Positions 1 to 8,897 of a DNA stretch of 64,000 bases are shown here, piece by piece. A model generated the notes under the pieces. That model saw nothing but the letters and a program-made list of their open reading frames with translations, made no database searches and was not told where the DNA came from. The stretch is from Candidatus Binatia bacterium (lineage in GTDB: Bacteria > Desulfobacterota > Binatia > HRBIN30). The stretch covers positions 224,001 through 288,000 of the forward strand of contig JBBRSP010000004.1 of the NCBI GenBank assembly GCA_038245295.1, read 5' to 3'. Each line of letters opens with the position of its first letter. The first letter of the stretch is position 1. The position numbers and the translations under genes were made by a program.

Positions 1-968
1 GTAGCGAACGTGTGACGCGCTTGGTTGTGCGGATGATCCTGCACCTCGCCCAGACCCATCACCGGGGCGACACAGGCATCCGTGCCGTCGAAGATCTCCG
101 ACCACTCGGCACGCGTCTTCGAACGGAACACCTCGGCAAAACGCGCCGCTGTTTTGGGCCATGCGTCGCGATCAAACTGATGCGGCATCTCCTTTGGATT
201 CAGGCCAAGACCTTTGACCAACTGAGCGTAGAACTGCGGCTCGATCGAGCCAACCGACATGAACTTGCCATCGGCCGTTTCATACGTGTCGTAGAATGGC
301 GCGCCGGTATCGAGCATGTTGGTGCCGCGTTCGTCGGACCACAAGCCACCAGCACGAAACCCGAAGATGAAACTCGAGAGATGCGCCGCACCGTCGACCA
401 TGGCCGAATCGATGACCTGCCCCTTGCCGGACAAACTGCGTTCATAGAGGGCCATGACAATTCCCATGGCGCACAACATGCCGCCGCCGGCAAAGTCGCC
501 AAGCAGATTCACCGGAGGAATCGGCTTCTCACCCTTGCGCCCGAAGCAAGACAGCGCACCGGAGATGGCGATGTAGTTGATGTCGTGCCCCGCCATGGGC
601 GCGTAAGGCCCGTCTTGGCCCCAGCCGGTAAGGCGCGCGTAAACCAGGCGCGGGTTGCGCCCCAGAGCGACATCCGGACCAACTCCCAGCTTCTCCATCA
701 CACCCGGGCGGAACGGCTCAACCAACACATCGGCGCGTTCGATCAACCGCAACAGGGCGTCGACACCGCGTGGGTCTTTCATATTGATGCCGATCGACTT
801 CTTGCCCCGCGCCAGAAAATCGCGCGTCGCATCGAAAGCACCGCCGGCGGTCGGCGTACGGTCGACGCGAATCACCTCGGCGCCAAAGTCGGCGAGAATC
901 ATCCCAGCATACGGCACCGGTGCCAGACCGGCCATTTCGACGACGCGCACTCCATGCAGCGGACCCAT
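1..968 (-). CDS. CaiB/BaiF family III CoA-transferase (alpha-methylacyl-CoA racemase-like); 3' end runs off the window
   Basis: Manual translation from ATG at 968 (GGAGG upstream): MGPLHGVRVVEMAGLAPVPYAGMILADFGAEVIRVDR..., later RPGVMEKLG and GHDINYIA motifs. Absent from the ORF track because it is truncated. Confidence 0.88.
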   Translation of the reverse strand, partial: MGPLHGVRVVEMAGLAPVPYAGMILADFGAEVIRVDRTPTAGGAFDATRDFLARGKKSIGINMKDPRGVDALLRLIERADVLVEPFRPGVMEKLGVGPDVALGRNPRLVYARLTGWGQDGPYAPMAGHDINYIAISGALSCFGRKGEKPIPPVNLLGDFAGGGMLCAMGIVMALYERSLSGKGQVIDSAMVDGAAHLSSFIFGFRAGGLWSDERGTNMLDTGAPFYDTYETADGKFMSVGSIEPQFYAQLVKGLGLNPKEMPHQFDRDAWPKTAARFAEVFRSKTRAEWSEIFDGTDACVAPVMGLGEVQDHPHNQARHTFA

Positions 969-1046
969 AAACACCTCCGTAGATCGAGACAGCTAGTTGC
1001 GCAGCGACTTCGCCCAATGGCAGCGCAACCGCAAGGGGATGGGCCG

Positions 1047-1122
1047 CCGCAAGCTGAAGCTTGCGCCTACCGGTCTCGGCAAACGCAGCGAGGGGTTAGG
1101 TAGCCGCAGGCTTGAGCCTGCG
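1047..1122. repeat. Inverted pair of GTAG-type REP hairpins
   Basis: CCGCAAGCTGAAGCTTGCGCCTAC ... GTAGCCGCAGGCTTGAGCCTGCG; same family recurs at about 9.9, 54.0, 56.8 and 61.1 kb. Confidence 0.8.
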
Positions 1123-1138
1123 CTGTCAGATCCGACGC

Positions 1139-3508
1139 TCAGCTCTGATACGACAATGCCGCCAACCCGAGTAGCCGAAACCCCGCCTGCGGCTGCTGGA
1201 AACCTTTGAGCTGCAGCTCGCCCGCCGGTTCCACGAGCAGACGATCCTCCATGGCGCCGTAGCTGCGGCCGGAGATGAGGATCTCGCCGGGGCCGGCGAT
1301 GTCGGACAGACGGGCCGCGAGGTTGGTGACGCTGCCGATGACAGCATAGTCGCGGCGCCCCTCGTAGCCGATGAACCCGCAGGTGGCGTAGCCGCTGTGA
1401 ATGCCGAAGCCGGCGTGGATGTTGTATCCCTTGCGGGTCCAGTCGATGCACAGGCGCTCGACGTCGCTACGCATCGACAAGGCCATGCGGGCGGCACGCT
1501 CGACGTGATCCGGCTGATCGACGGGATCGTTGAAGAACACCATGAAGCCGTCGCCGGCAAACCGCTCGAGCGTGCCTTCATACTCGGCGATGCGCGCGCC
1601 CATCGCGGAATGATACTCATCGAGCGTCGAGATGACTTCCTCTGGCTCGACACTCTCCGAGAACGACGTGAAGCCACGCAGATCAGCGAACAGCACGGTG
1701 ACGAACTTACGTTGGCTACCGAGCTCAGAAGCACCACCCATCGCCATGACCCGGTTGATGATCTGCGGCGAGAAGTATCGCTTCAAGTCGCCGAACTCGC
1801 GCTCGCGCGCGAACAACCGTTCGATGGCCGCGACACGCATCACCGCCTGGACCCCTTGCTGCGCCGCCGTCGTCAGGGCATCGATTTCGGCGGCCTCGTA
1901 GGGGTCATCAAAAGCCCGCGCCGCAACCGCCAAACCGCCAACCAGGCGCTGTTCATGCACCATCGGCAGCAACAACACGGCGCCGAGGCGCTCGAAGCCG
2001 GCCTCACACTCGGCGCGCACGTTGCCGTACTGCGGCTCGACGGCGAGCTGCGAGCGCAGGATCTCGCGCCGCGTCGCGCGCAACAGATGCACCAGCGGCT
2101 CGTTCTCCAAACTCTCGGTGCTGGCAGGCAAGCCATCGGTCGACCGCAAATGCTCACGGGCATCGACGATGCCGGGAAGAAAAAATGCCACGGCGCTGCG
2201 CGCATCACACACCTGGGTCGGCGCCGCGGCGATTACATCGAGCACCTGATCGACCGTCGTCGCGGCGTCGAGACGCGCTCCGACGGCGCGCAGCAATTCA
2301 GGAAAGCGAGCCCGCTGTGGGTAGAGTCGCCGGTTCAAACGCTCTTCGAAGCGTGGCCAGACGTAGAGCAAGGGAAACAGCAGCACGGCCACCAAGTACG
2401 GGCGCATCGACACGAGCACGAAGGCTATGGCGCTCAGAACCGCCACGGCGGCGGTGTACAGGATGGCCTTGCGAACGGCGATGCGCGCATTCGTCAAAGC
2501 CGGACGAATCGTGATGCGTGCCAAGGCCAGGGCAAAGATGCCGAGAGGCCAGATCAGAAAACGCGGGTCGACGCCGACCAGTCCGAAACTCTCGCGCGCG
2601 AATTGGATGAGAGCGAAGGGGATGACGCCGAAGACCGTGCCCCCGAGGAGAATGCGGGCGCGTTGCGCAGCCAGACGATCAGCGCCGTGTGCTGCCAGCC
2701 ACGCCGCACGAACAATGAACAACGTCATCGTCGCCAGAAGGACAGCCGAATCCACCGCTCGCGCGTACACGAACGGCCCCTCATACTGCACCGTCCAGCC
2801 AGTGATGTTTGCGACGCCCTGAAGCACGGCCATTCCATAGATGGCGCCCAGAACCTGACGCCGGCGCCGCACCAGGATTGGATGGATTACCGGGAACGCC
2901 AGCAGCGCATGCATCGGCACGTAGGGTGTGAACGCGACGACGGTAACGAAGTAGTATGAATTCCAGAAGTGGGACAGATCCGTCGGCAGGAAAAGGACGA
3001 GCAGCGTGCCGGCAACGAAGCAACACAACGCCAGCAGGGCCCAACTTTGCGTCTCGTATGGACGCAGGACGAACACGGTTACGCCAACCAGCAGAAAGAA
3101 AAGGCCGATGATGTCGGTAGCGCCCTGCGTGAAAATGAAATCTTCCGCACGCCACGGCCGGACTTCGATCGTCTGTTCGCGCTGCTCGCCGTCGGGGCGC
3201 CGCACGACAATCGTGTTGCTGGCACCCACCGCGGTGTTGACGTTGGGCCCGACGGCGTGGCCGTGCTGCGACCCTGCCACGACTTCCTGATCATTGATGC
3301 GCAGAACCCGGCCGCCGCCGCGCAGACCGGCGACGGAGACATCCTCACGCGTCGGAGACAGATACTCGGTGTCCAGAATCCAGCCGACGTTGGGGGTACC
3401 GATACGCTCGAACTTGTCGGCCACAGCCAGCAGCAGCCCGAACAGCGCGATGCTGACCAGGAACGCAAAGAGGGCTTGCTGCTTCGGCGTACCGTCGCGT
3501 AGCGACAT
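1139..3508 (-). CDS. Membrane-bound class III adenylate/guanylate cyclase (multi-TM sensor, GAF-like region, cyclase domain)
   Basis: VTVLFADLRGFT, ERFAGDGFM and YAVIGSVTNLAARL cyclase motifs; multiple hydrophobic helices in the N-terminal half. Confidence 0.9.
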   Translation of the reverse strand: MSLRDGTPKQQALFAFLVSIALFGLLLAVADKFERIGTPNVGWILDTEYLSPTREDVSVAGLRGGGRVLRINDQEVVAGSQHGHAVGPNVNTAVGASNTIVVRRPDGEQREQTIEVRPWRAEDFIFTQGATDIIGLFFLLVGVTVFVLRPYETQSWALLALCCFVAGTLLVLFLPTDLSHFWNSYYFVTVVAFTPYVPMHALLAFPVIHPILVRRRRQVLGAIYGMAVLQGVANITGWTVQYEGPFVYARAVDSAVLLATMTLFIVRAAWLAAHGADRLAAQRARILLGGTVFGVIPFALIQFARESFGLVGVDPRFLIWPLGIFALALARITIRPALTNARIAVRKAILYTAAVAVLSAIAFVLVSMRPYLVAVLLFPLLYVWPRFEERLNRRLYPQRARFPELLRAVGARLDAATTVDQVLDVIAAAPTQVCDARSAVAFFLPGIVDAREHLRSTDGLPASTESLENEPLVHLLRATRREILRSQLAVEPQYGNVRAECEAGFERLGAVLLLPMVHEQRLVGGLAVAARAFDDPYEAAEIDALTTAAQQGVQAVMRVAAIERLFAREREFGDLKRYFSPQIINRVMAMGGASELGSQRKFVTVLFADLRGFTSFSESVEPEEVISTLDEYHSAMGARIAEYEGTLERFAGDGFMVFFNDPVDQPDHVERAARMALSMRSDVERLCIDWTRKGYNIHAGFGIHSGYATCGFIGYEGRRDYAVIGSVTNLAARLSDIAGPGEILISGRSYGAMEDRLLVEPAGELQLKGFQQPQAGFRLLGLAALSYQS

Positions 3509-3597
3509 CAGCGGCAGGCACTACCACAGCGCTCCGGCGAAGGGGAGACGCGGAGGGCAGAACAAACCACGGATGACACCTGTCATCCCGGTGAAAA

Positions 3598-3877
3598 GAG
3601 ACTGTCGATTTTCGCTAAGTCATCGTTTGAAACAACGCAAACACCCCTTTCATACCGGCGAAAGCCGGTATCTCCCCAGCATTCTTGGCCTTCCACTCGA
3701 GGAGATCCCAGCTTTCGAGTGTGTCGATTTACTCGGAAACCAAATTTGAAAACCGAGCAGACCTTTCCGTCATACCGGCGAAAGCCGGTATCTCGCCAGC
3801 TTCCGAGGCTTCCAGCAGGGGGAGATCCCGGTTTTCACCGGGATGACGTTGCTCCACTTTGGTTTTACGACAGTCTC
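3598..3877. mobile_element. MITE-like element (family A, composite of about 1.7 units) with GAGACTGTCG/CGACAGTCTC termini
   Basis: 10-bp terminal inverted repeats; GAAAA on both flanks (3593-3597, 3878-3882); second degenerate left end at 3717; homologous to 33576-33898. Confidence 0.75.
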
Positions 3878-4013
3878 GAAAAGCCGGGGGCCCCCTCGAT
3901 TGGAAACTGCGAAATGCTTGGGAGATGCTGGCTTTCGCCGCAATGACGGAGGAAGGGGTTGGTTGCCTGAGTTGGTTCCGGCCGACGGCCGGGCTGGGTC
4001 ATCCGTGGATTGT

Positions 4014-6122
4014 TCAAGGCCGAGGTTGATACCAGATAGGCGAAGTCCAGGCGCGCTCCTGGATTGTCTTCGGAACATTCGGATCGGTGCAACTCGTCGG
4101 ACGCTGATCCTCGGGGAGAGTCAGGCAGCGCCAGGCGTTCCAGCGGCAGGTCGGATTCTCGAGAACACGCACGGTGTAAAAGGCGTGTTGCGTCGGATCG
4201 AAGTTGGGATCACTCCAGACGCGACAGAGGGAGTCATCGCCGGGGCCAAGTGGCTCGCAGGTTGGCGAGACACTCGTATCGGCCTCCATACGGCCGGCGA
4301 CGTCATAAACTTGCTGCCGCGCTTCGCCGCCGTCGATCCAGCCTTTGATCACCTGCAGGCGCGCGAGTTTCGCACCCGGATGCGCCGCGGTGCCGGGATC
4401 GCGTGTCGCCGCAATCAGAAAGCTTGGCGCCGTCGAGCCTTCGGGCGGCGCGCTGAGTGTACCGCCCATGGGCACACCGTTCGCGTAACCGATCTCGACG
4501 AGATTGGGATCCTCACAAGCCGCGGCCGGGAAGCTCCAACCGCCGAAGGCGCGCACCGACAGCCGGGTGCCGCTGGTGCCGTAGGTCTCACGTCGGCGCA
4601 AGGCGTCGAACAGACTCTCGCGCGTATTCTCTTCCGCCCAGATCGCCGCCAGCCCGCCTGGGCTGACACGAACGCCGTCGGCGACGAAGCCACCGGTTCC
4701 AAGCAGCGCTTCGTTGGTGCCATCCTGGTAGCCCTGGTGGCCCATCCACGCCCACTCATCGACGAAGCCGGGGGTGGCGTTGTGTGTATCGGTGCTGGCG
4801 ACAAAGCCGAGTTGGTACGGGTTGGTGCCGAGACGGATCTGCTCCTTCAACCCGGCGAGCAGAATACCGCGCGAGTAGTCGAGGCGTGAGACACAACCGA
4901 GTTGCGTCGCGCCGAGTTGACCGGTGCCGTCGCCACAGTCTTCGTACGGCCCCTGGCGGCGAATCTCGAAGTTGCACTGTTCGTCGGTGCCGAGAACACC
5001 CGACAGTCCATTCAGGCACTCCGAGTTGCCCTTGTGCTGATAGATCTCCATGAGCGGCTCGGTGGCGACGCGCAGAGCTGCTTGGGCCTGCTGCTGCGCC
5101 ACGGTTGTGGCGCCAGGATACTCGACGAAGAACGCCCGACCGTTGCTCTCGTTCGAGTTGTGCGGAATCACCAGCGCATCGCAACCCTGAATCGCGTCGT
5201 GGCAGGTGGCCTTCAGCTGCGTCCACAAGCCGAGTGGTGTCGGCTGCTCGAAGGCCGAGATCGGCATCGGCACATCGTTGGACCGAAAAATGACATTGCG
5301 GTGCATGGTGCTGGCGCCAGGGCTGCGCGAGTATTCGAAGGCGACGAACGCGGTGAAGTTACAGCGATCATTGGCGCCTTCGGCCGCGTTGCGGACGGCC
5401 TGCCACACGGGCGCCACGGCCGCAACGCAGACGGCGCCGTTGTTACCACAGACATCGGCGGCGCGGCGCGGGTGCCCAGCGGTCACGCGCACGCCAAAGT
5501 CGGCGAAAATCTGATCACCACCGGCGCGGAACTGTTGGCAGGTCGGCGCATCGTAAGCGCTGCTGCCGGGCGTCGTGCACAGGTCGATTTCGCCGAGGAA
5601 CTCGGAGTGATCGGTAACTGCCGTGAAGTCGAGCGGTCGCTCCAGCTGTACACGACGCGTCCCCTGCCCCGCCGCATCCAGCGGCGGCAGCAACATCGAC
5701 TCGCCGCGTGCGAAACGTAGGGCGTCGCGCGGTGTCGCACGCGTATCCCACAAATGCGCATCGAACGAGTTGGTCGTGTGCACGTGCAAGTCGCCGAAGT
5801 AGACATTGCGCTGCGGATTGCGCTGGGCGCAGGGTTCAGGGGTCGGCGTCGGTTCCGGCGGACAGCCTTCGAGCGCGTAGCGCACCGCGATGATCAGTTC
5901 TTCGATGGTGACGGCACCGTCGCCGTCGCGGTCACCGGCGAGGCACGTGTCGACGCTCGCCTGCGTCAGAGCGATGTTCACCATACGGACAATCTCGACG
6001 ACCGTGACATCACCAGAGGCATCGCAGTCGCCGGTACACGCCGTCACCGCCGCATCAGCCGGCAACGCGGTGAGCCCCACGGTTAGGATGCAAACTACGC
6101 CAGCGAGGACTTTTGCGAACAT
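4014..6122 (-). CDS. Secreted DUF3604-family protein with N-terminal dockerin-like domain
   Basis: Signal peptide MFAKVLAG...ADA; YFGDLHVHT, VTDHSE, IPHNSN, STDTHN and QERAWTSPIWY motifs; start taken at the ATG preceding the signal peptide. Confidence 0.85.
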   Translation of the reverse strand: MFAKVLAGVVCILTVGLTALPADAAVTACTGDCDASGDVTVVEIVRMVNIALTQASVDTCLAGDRDGDGAVTIEELIIAVRYALEGCPPEPTPTPEPCAQRNPQRNVYFGDLHVHTTNSFDAHLWDTRATPRDALRFARGESMLLPPLDAAGQGTRRVQLERPLDFTAVTDHSEFLGEIDLCTTPGSSAYDAPTCQQFRAGGDQIFADFGVRVTAGHPRRAADVCGNNGAVCVAAVAPVWQAVRNAAEGANDRCNFTAFVAFEYSRSPGASTMHRNVIFRSNDVPMPISAFEQPTPLGLWTQLKATCHDAIQGCDALVIPHNSNESNGRAFFVEYPGATTVAQQQAQAALRVATEPLMEIYQHKGNSECLNGLSGVLGTDEQCNFEIRRQGPYEDCGDGTGQLGATQLGCVSRLDYSRGILLAGLKEQIRLGTNPYQLGFVASTDTHNATPGFVDEWAWMGHQGYQDGTNEALLGTGGFVADGVRVSPGGLAAIWAEENTRESLFDALRRRETYGTSGTRLSVRAFGGWSFPAAACEDPNLVEIGYANGVPMGGTLSAPPEGSTAPSFLIAATRDPGTAAHPGAKLARLQVIKGWIDGGEARQQVYDVAGRMEADTSVSPTCEPLGPGDDSLCRVWSDPNFDPTQHAFYTVRVLENPTCRWNAWRCLTLPEDQRPTSCTDPNVPKTIQERAWTSPIWYQPRP

Positions 6123-6466
6123 AGGTACCGCTTGGCATATCGCCGTAGGGCGAATCAACCGCGGCTCGGGGCTACATGGAGTTCGCCAACCAGCGGACAC
6201 CGCCGGACGCACGTGCCGGTGAATAGGCACAGTCGTTAGTCTCCGTGCGCGTCGAAGGGCGACAGCGCCTTCACGCAGCACCGCTCACGACGGTCGCGCG
6301 GCTGAAGAGATCCGCGGTTTGGTCGTCGACGTTGTCGACGGCATGGCGCCGCGACGTGTGCGGAGTATCGCTGCCAAACGTGCGGCGCCGCAGCTTAGCG
6401 GAAGCACGCGAAGCCGCGCGACAGAACCATTTCCGGCCGGTACCCTGCACTGGTAGGGTGGGCGCT

Positions 6467-6946
6467 ATGCGTATTCTCCGTTGGATCTTGGGTGTTATCG
6501 TCACACTCGTCCTGGTCGTGCTGGCGCTCGACACGCTCGGAGGTTTCCTGTTCGACGGCCCACTCGGTCCAATCCCTGGCGGGGCCTTGAGCGGTATGGT
6601 CAATTCCGACCCGCATCCCGATTGGTCGAATCTGGAAAAGGTGATGGAACTCGAGATTCGACCAGCACGGCCCTGGTCGCTCAGCATCTGGAATGTGGTG
6701 ATCGACGGCGAACTCTACGTTCCTTCGGCCAAGGGGGCGCGCCGGCGCTGGACTGCTGTGGCGGTGAAAGAGCCGCTGGTCCGATTGCGCACCCACGGCC
6801 AGATCTTCGAGCGCCGCATCGAGCGCGTCACCGATCCAGCCCTTTGCCGGCGTCTCGCCCAGGCACTGGGGCAGCGTTACGGCTTCGAGCCACCGCCAGA
6901 TCCCCAGCAGGATACCTCGTGGTACTTCCACCTGGCGCCGAGGTAG
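6467..6946 (+). CDS. Membrane-anchored hypothetical protein (DUF2255/split-barrel-like)
   Basis: N-terminal TM helix, GPLGPIPGG motif, SIWNVVIDGELYV; plausible codon usage. Confidence 0.6.
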   Translation: MRILRWILGVIVTLVLVVLALDTLGGFLFDGPLGPIPGGALSGMVNSDPHPDWSNLEKVMELEIRPARPWSLSIWNVVIDGELYVPSAKGARRRWTAVAVKEPLVRLRTHGQIFERRIERVTDPALCRRLAQALGQRYGFEPPPDPQQDTSWYFHLAPR

Positions 6947-6959
6947 TCGCGCGTTTCAG

Positions 6960-7005
6960 GAGGCTGTCTCAAAACTTGCGGAGCCGGCTTCGACAGGCGC
7001 AGGCG
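6960..7005. mobile_element. Truncated end of family B MITE
   Basis: GAGGCTGTCTCAAAAC-TTGCGGAGCCGGCTTCGACAGG is nearly the reverse complement of the right end of 61132-61265; no partner end seen. Confidence 0.7.
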
Positions 7006-7025
7006 TAGCACGCAACAGGGAACCG

Positions 7026-8006
7026 TCAGGATTTACCAGTACCGTCAGAGCGCCGGGCGGTTCCCGAACCGCCCCTGCGCATCGGTGCCGATCCGACGCG
7101 GTTCCGGCTCGCGTCGGGGCCGCGCTCATCAGAGGATGGCACGTTCCGAGCTGTATCGTCGACGCGCCGCCCGACACGCGCAAATCCTCGCGGCACCGGG
7201 CTCTCGAACCGCACCGGAGCGCCATCTCCAGGATGCAGGAACCCGAGCGTTGTGGCGTGCAAGCATACGCGCTTGATCGGATCCGTGGCCGCACCATACG
7301 CGGCGTCCCCGACGATCGGATGTCCGGCGGCGGCGAGTTGGACGCGGATCTGATGGCGACGACCGGTGCCTATGGTGATGTCGAGGGCGGTTGCCGTGGC
7401 ACGGCGGTCGCGCACGCGGTACCGCGTGATGGCGGTCCGCCCGCTTTCGTCGTTGCCGGCGCGGCGCACACGCAGGGCGCTCGTCTGGACGATCTTGTCT
7501 TCGAGCACGCCGGTGTCGGCTTTGACAATGCCTTCGACGACCGCGTGATAGCCGCGAATCACCGAACGCCCGGCGAACTGAGCTTGCAGATTGCGTTTCG
7601 CTTCCGTCGACTTGGCCAGGACAAGCAAGCCGGATGTTTGCAGATCGAGGCGGTGCACGATGAGCGGACGCGTTGGCGGCCGCGCCGCGGCGAGATAGTC
7701 CCACACCATACGATACACCGTACGCTGACGTTCCGATTCGGTGGCGATCGTCAGCACGTCGGCGGGTTTCTCGATCACCAGGAGGTAGGCGTCTTCGTGC
7801 ACCAGACGCAGCTGGCGCGACAGCGGCACGCGCGTCACCGTTTCGTCCCCCAGTGCGACTCGATCCTTGCTGCTGACAGCCGTACGACCGTCACGCACGA
7901 CATTGCCATTGACCGTGACCCGACCACGCGCCAGCCAGTCCTTGCGGCTGACACCCGAGGCCTGCGGGAAGAGTTGCTTCAGTCGTCCCGCCAGTGTTTC
8001 GTCCAT
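7026..8006 (-). CDS. RluA-family RNA pseudouridine synthase with S4-like N-terminus
   Basis: VHRLDLQTSGLLV catalytic motif, TGRRHQIRVQL, HPIVGDAAYG, LHATTLGFLHP. Confidence 0.92.
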   Translation of the reverse strand: MDETLAGRLKQLFPQASGVSRKDWLARGRVTVNGNVVRDGRTAVSSKDRVALGDETVTRVPLSRQLRLVHEDAYLLVIEKPADVLTIATESERQRTVYRMVWDYLAAARPPTRPLIVHRLDLQTSGLLVLAKSTEAKRNLQAQFAGRSVIRGYHAVVEGIVKADTGVLEDKIVQTSALRVRRAGNDESGRTAITRYRVRDRRATATALDITIGTGRRHQIRVQLAAAGHPIVGDAAYGAATDPIKRVCLHATTLGFLHPGDGAPVRFESPVPRGFARVGRRVDDTARNVPSSDERGPDASRNRVGSAPMRRGGSGTARRSDGTGKS

Positions 8007-8089
8007 GGCCGGTTTATCGCAGGGTTTGGCACCTCATGCACCCAGCCCGGCCGTTGGCTGGAACCAAATCGGAGCAAGGCCGATCTCAC

Positions 8090-8110
8090 AGGGGCGGTTC
8101 GCAACCGCCC
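8090..8110. repeat. GGGGCGGTTC..GAACCGCCC hairpin (second REP-like family)
   Basis: Near-identical hairpins at 7055-7076 and 25181-25208. Confidence 0.6.
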
Positions 8111-8239
8111 GGCGATCCGCTGGTGCCATGGCAACACGGAGGAAAACCGACGCTGCAGGAGGTATTGCCGGCGCTCCGCGCCGCGTAGAGGCGGCTCGAC
8201 TCGTCAGCCGAACGGCGGCACGAAGGGCTGGAACCGCCC

Positions 8240-8893
8240 CTACACGCTCGCTTTGTCGAGGCGCTCCTGGAAGTACGTGCGCCAGCTTTCGGGTAAGGCT
8301 TCCAGCTGCACGGCGCGCTTCAGGAGATCTGCGTCGCCTTCCTTGCTCACATACAGACCGGTGATATCGGCAACGGTCATGCCGCTGGGGGTGGTGGGAA
8401 CGGGCTCGAACACGTCGTCGACGCCCACTTCGCCTTCTTGAAGCACCGCGAAGTAGAAGCCGGTAAGTCGACTCTTCATGAAACGCTTGACCATGTCGTC
8501 GCGTCCGAACTTGAGGCCCAGCTTGTAACAGGGCATGCGCGGCTGGGTGACTATGACTTCCGCCGACCCGATGCGAAACCGATCACCAATCTGCACCGCC
8601 GTCTCGACGAATCCTTCGGTGGTGAAGTTCTCACCGAACATGCCCCACCCGAGCTGCATGTCCGGCAATTCGCCGCGCCAGTATTCGTAATGTTCTGCGG
8701 GATAGACGTAGACGGCTTTGTCGGCGCCGCCGTGAACAGTCAGGTCCGCCTGCCCGTCGCCGTCGAGATCCAAACGACGGAGCGGCAGGCGGCCGTGGAC
8801 CGGTTCCTTGAAGATCCCGGTCCGCACCTGCTTGCCCTTCCACACCACTTCACGGGGAAGACCAACGTTGACAGAGATCAATTTGGAAACCAT
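8240..8893 (-). CDS. MOSC-domain protein (YiiM-like) with 3-alpha domain
   Basis: GDGQADLTVHGGADKAVYVY, FGENFT, QPRMPCYKL, TGFYFAVLQEG. Confidence 0.9.
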   Translation of the reverse strand: MVSKLISVNVGLPREVVWKGKQVRTGIFKEPVHGRLPLRRLDLDGDGQADLTVHGGADKAVYVYPAEHYEYWRGELPDMQLGWGMFGENFTTEGFVETAVQIGDRFRIGSAEVIVTQPRMPCYKLGLKFGRDDMVKRFMKSRLTGFYFAVLQEGEVGVDDVFEPVPTTPSGMTVADITGLYVSKEGDADLLKRAVQLEALPESWRTYFQERLDKASV

Positions 8894-8897
8894 GGCG

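Noticed and set aside
12..1103. 363-aa plus-strand ORF and many other long antisense ORFs (e.g. 1397-2959, 34916-36376, 45169-46617, 56997-58622)
   Set aside because: Shadow frames of recognisable opposite-strand genes in high-GC DNA; no motifs
3598..3947. Possible CRISPR array (recurring CATACCGGCGAAAGCCGGTATCTC), also at 33.6-33.9 kb
   Set aside because: Only 2-3 copies, intervening sequences are homologous to each other rather than unique spacers, no cas genes; explained by nested MITEs
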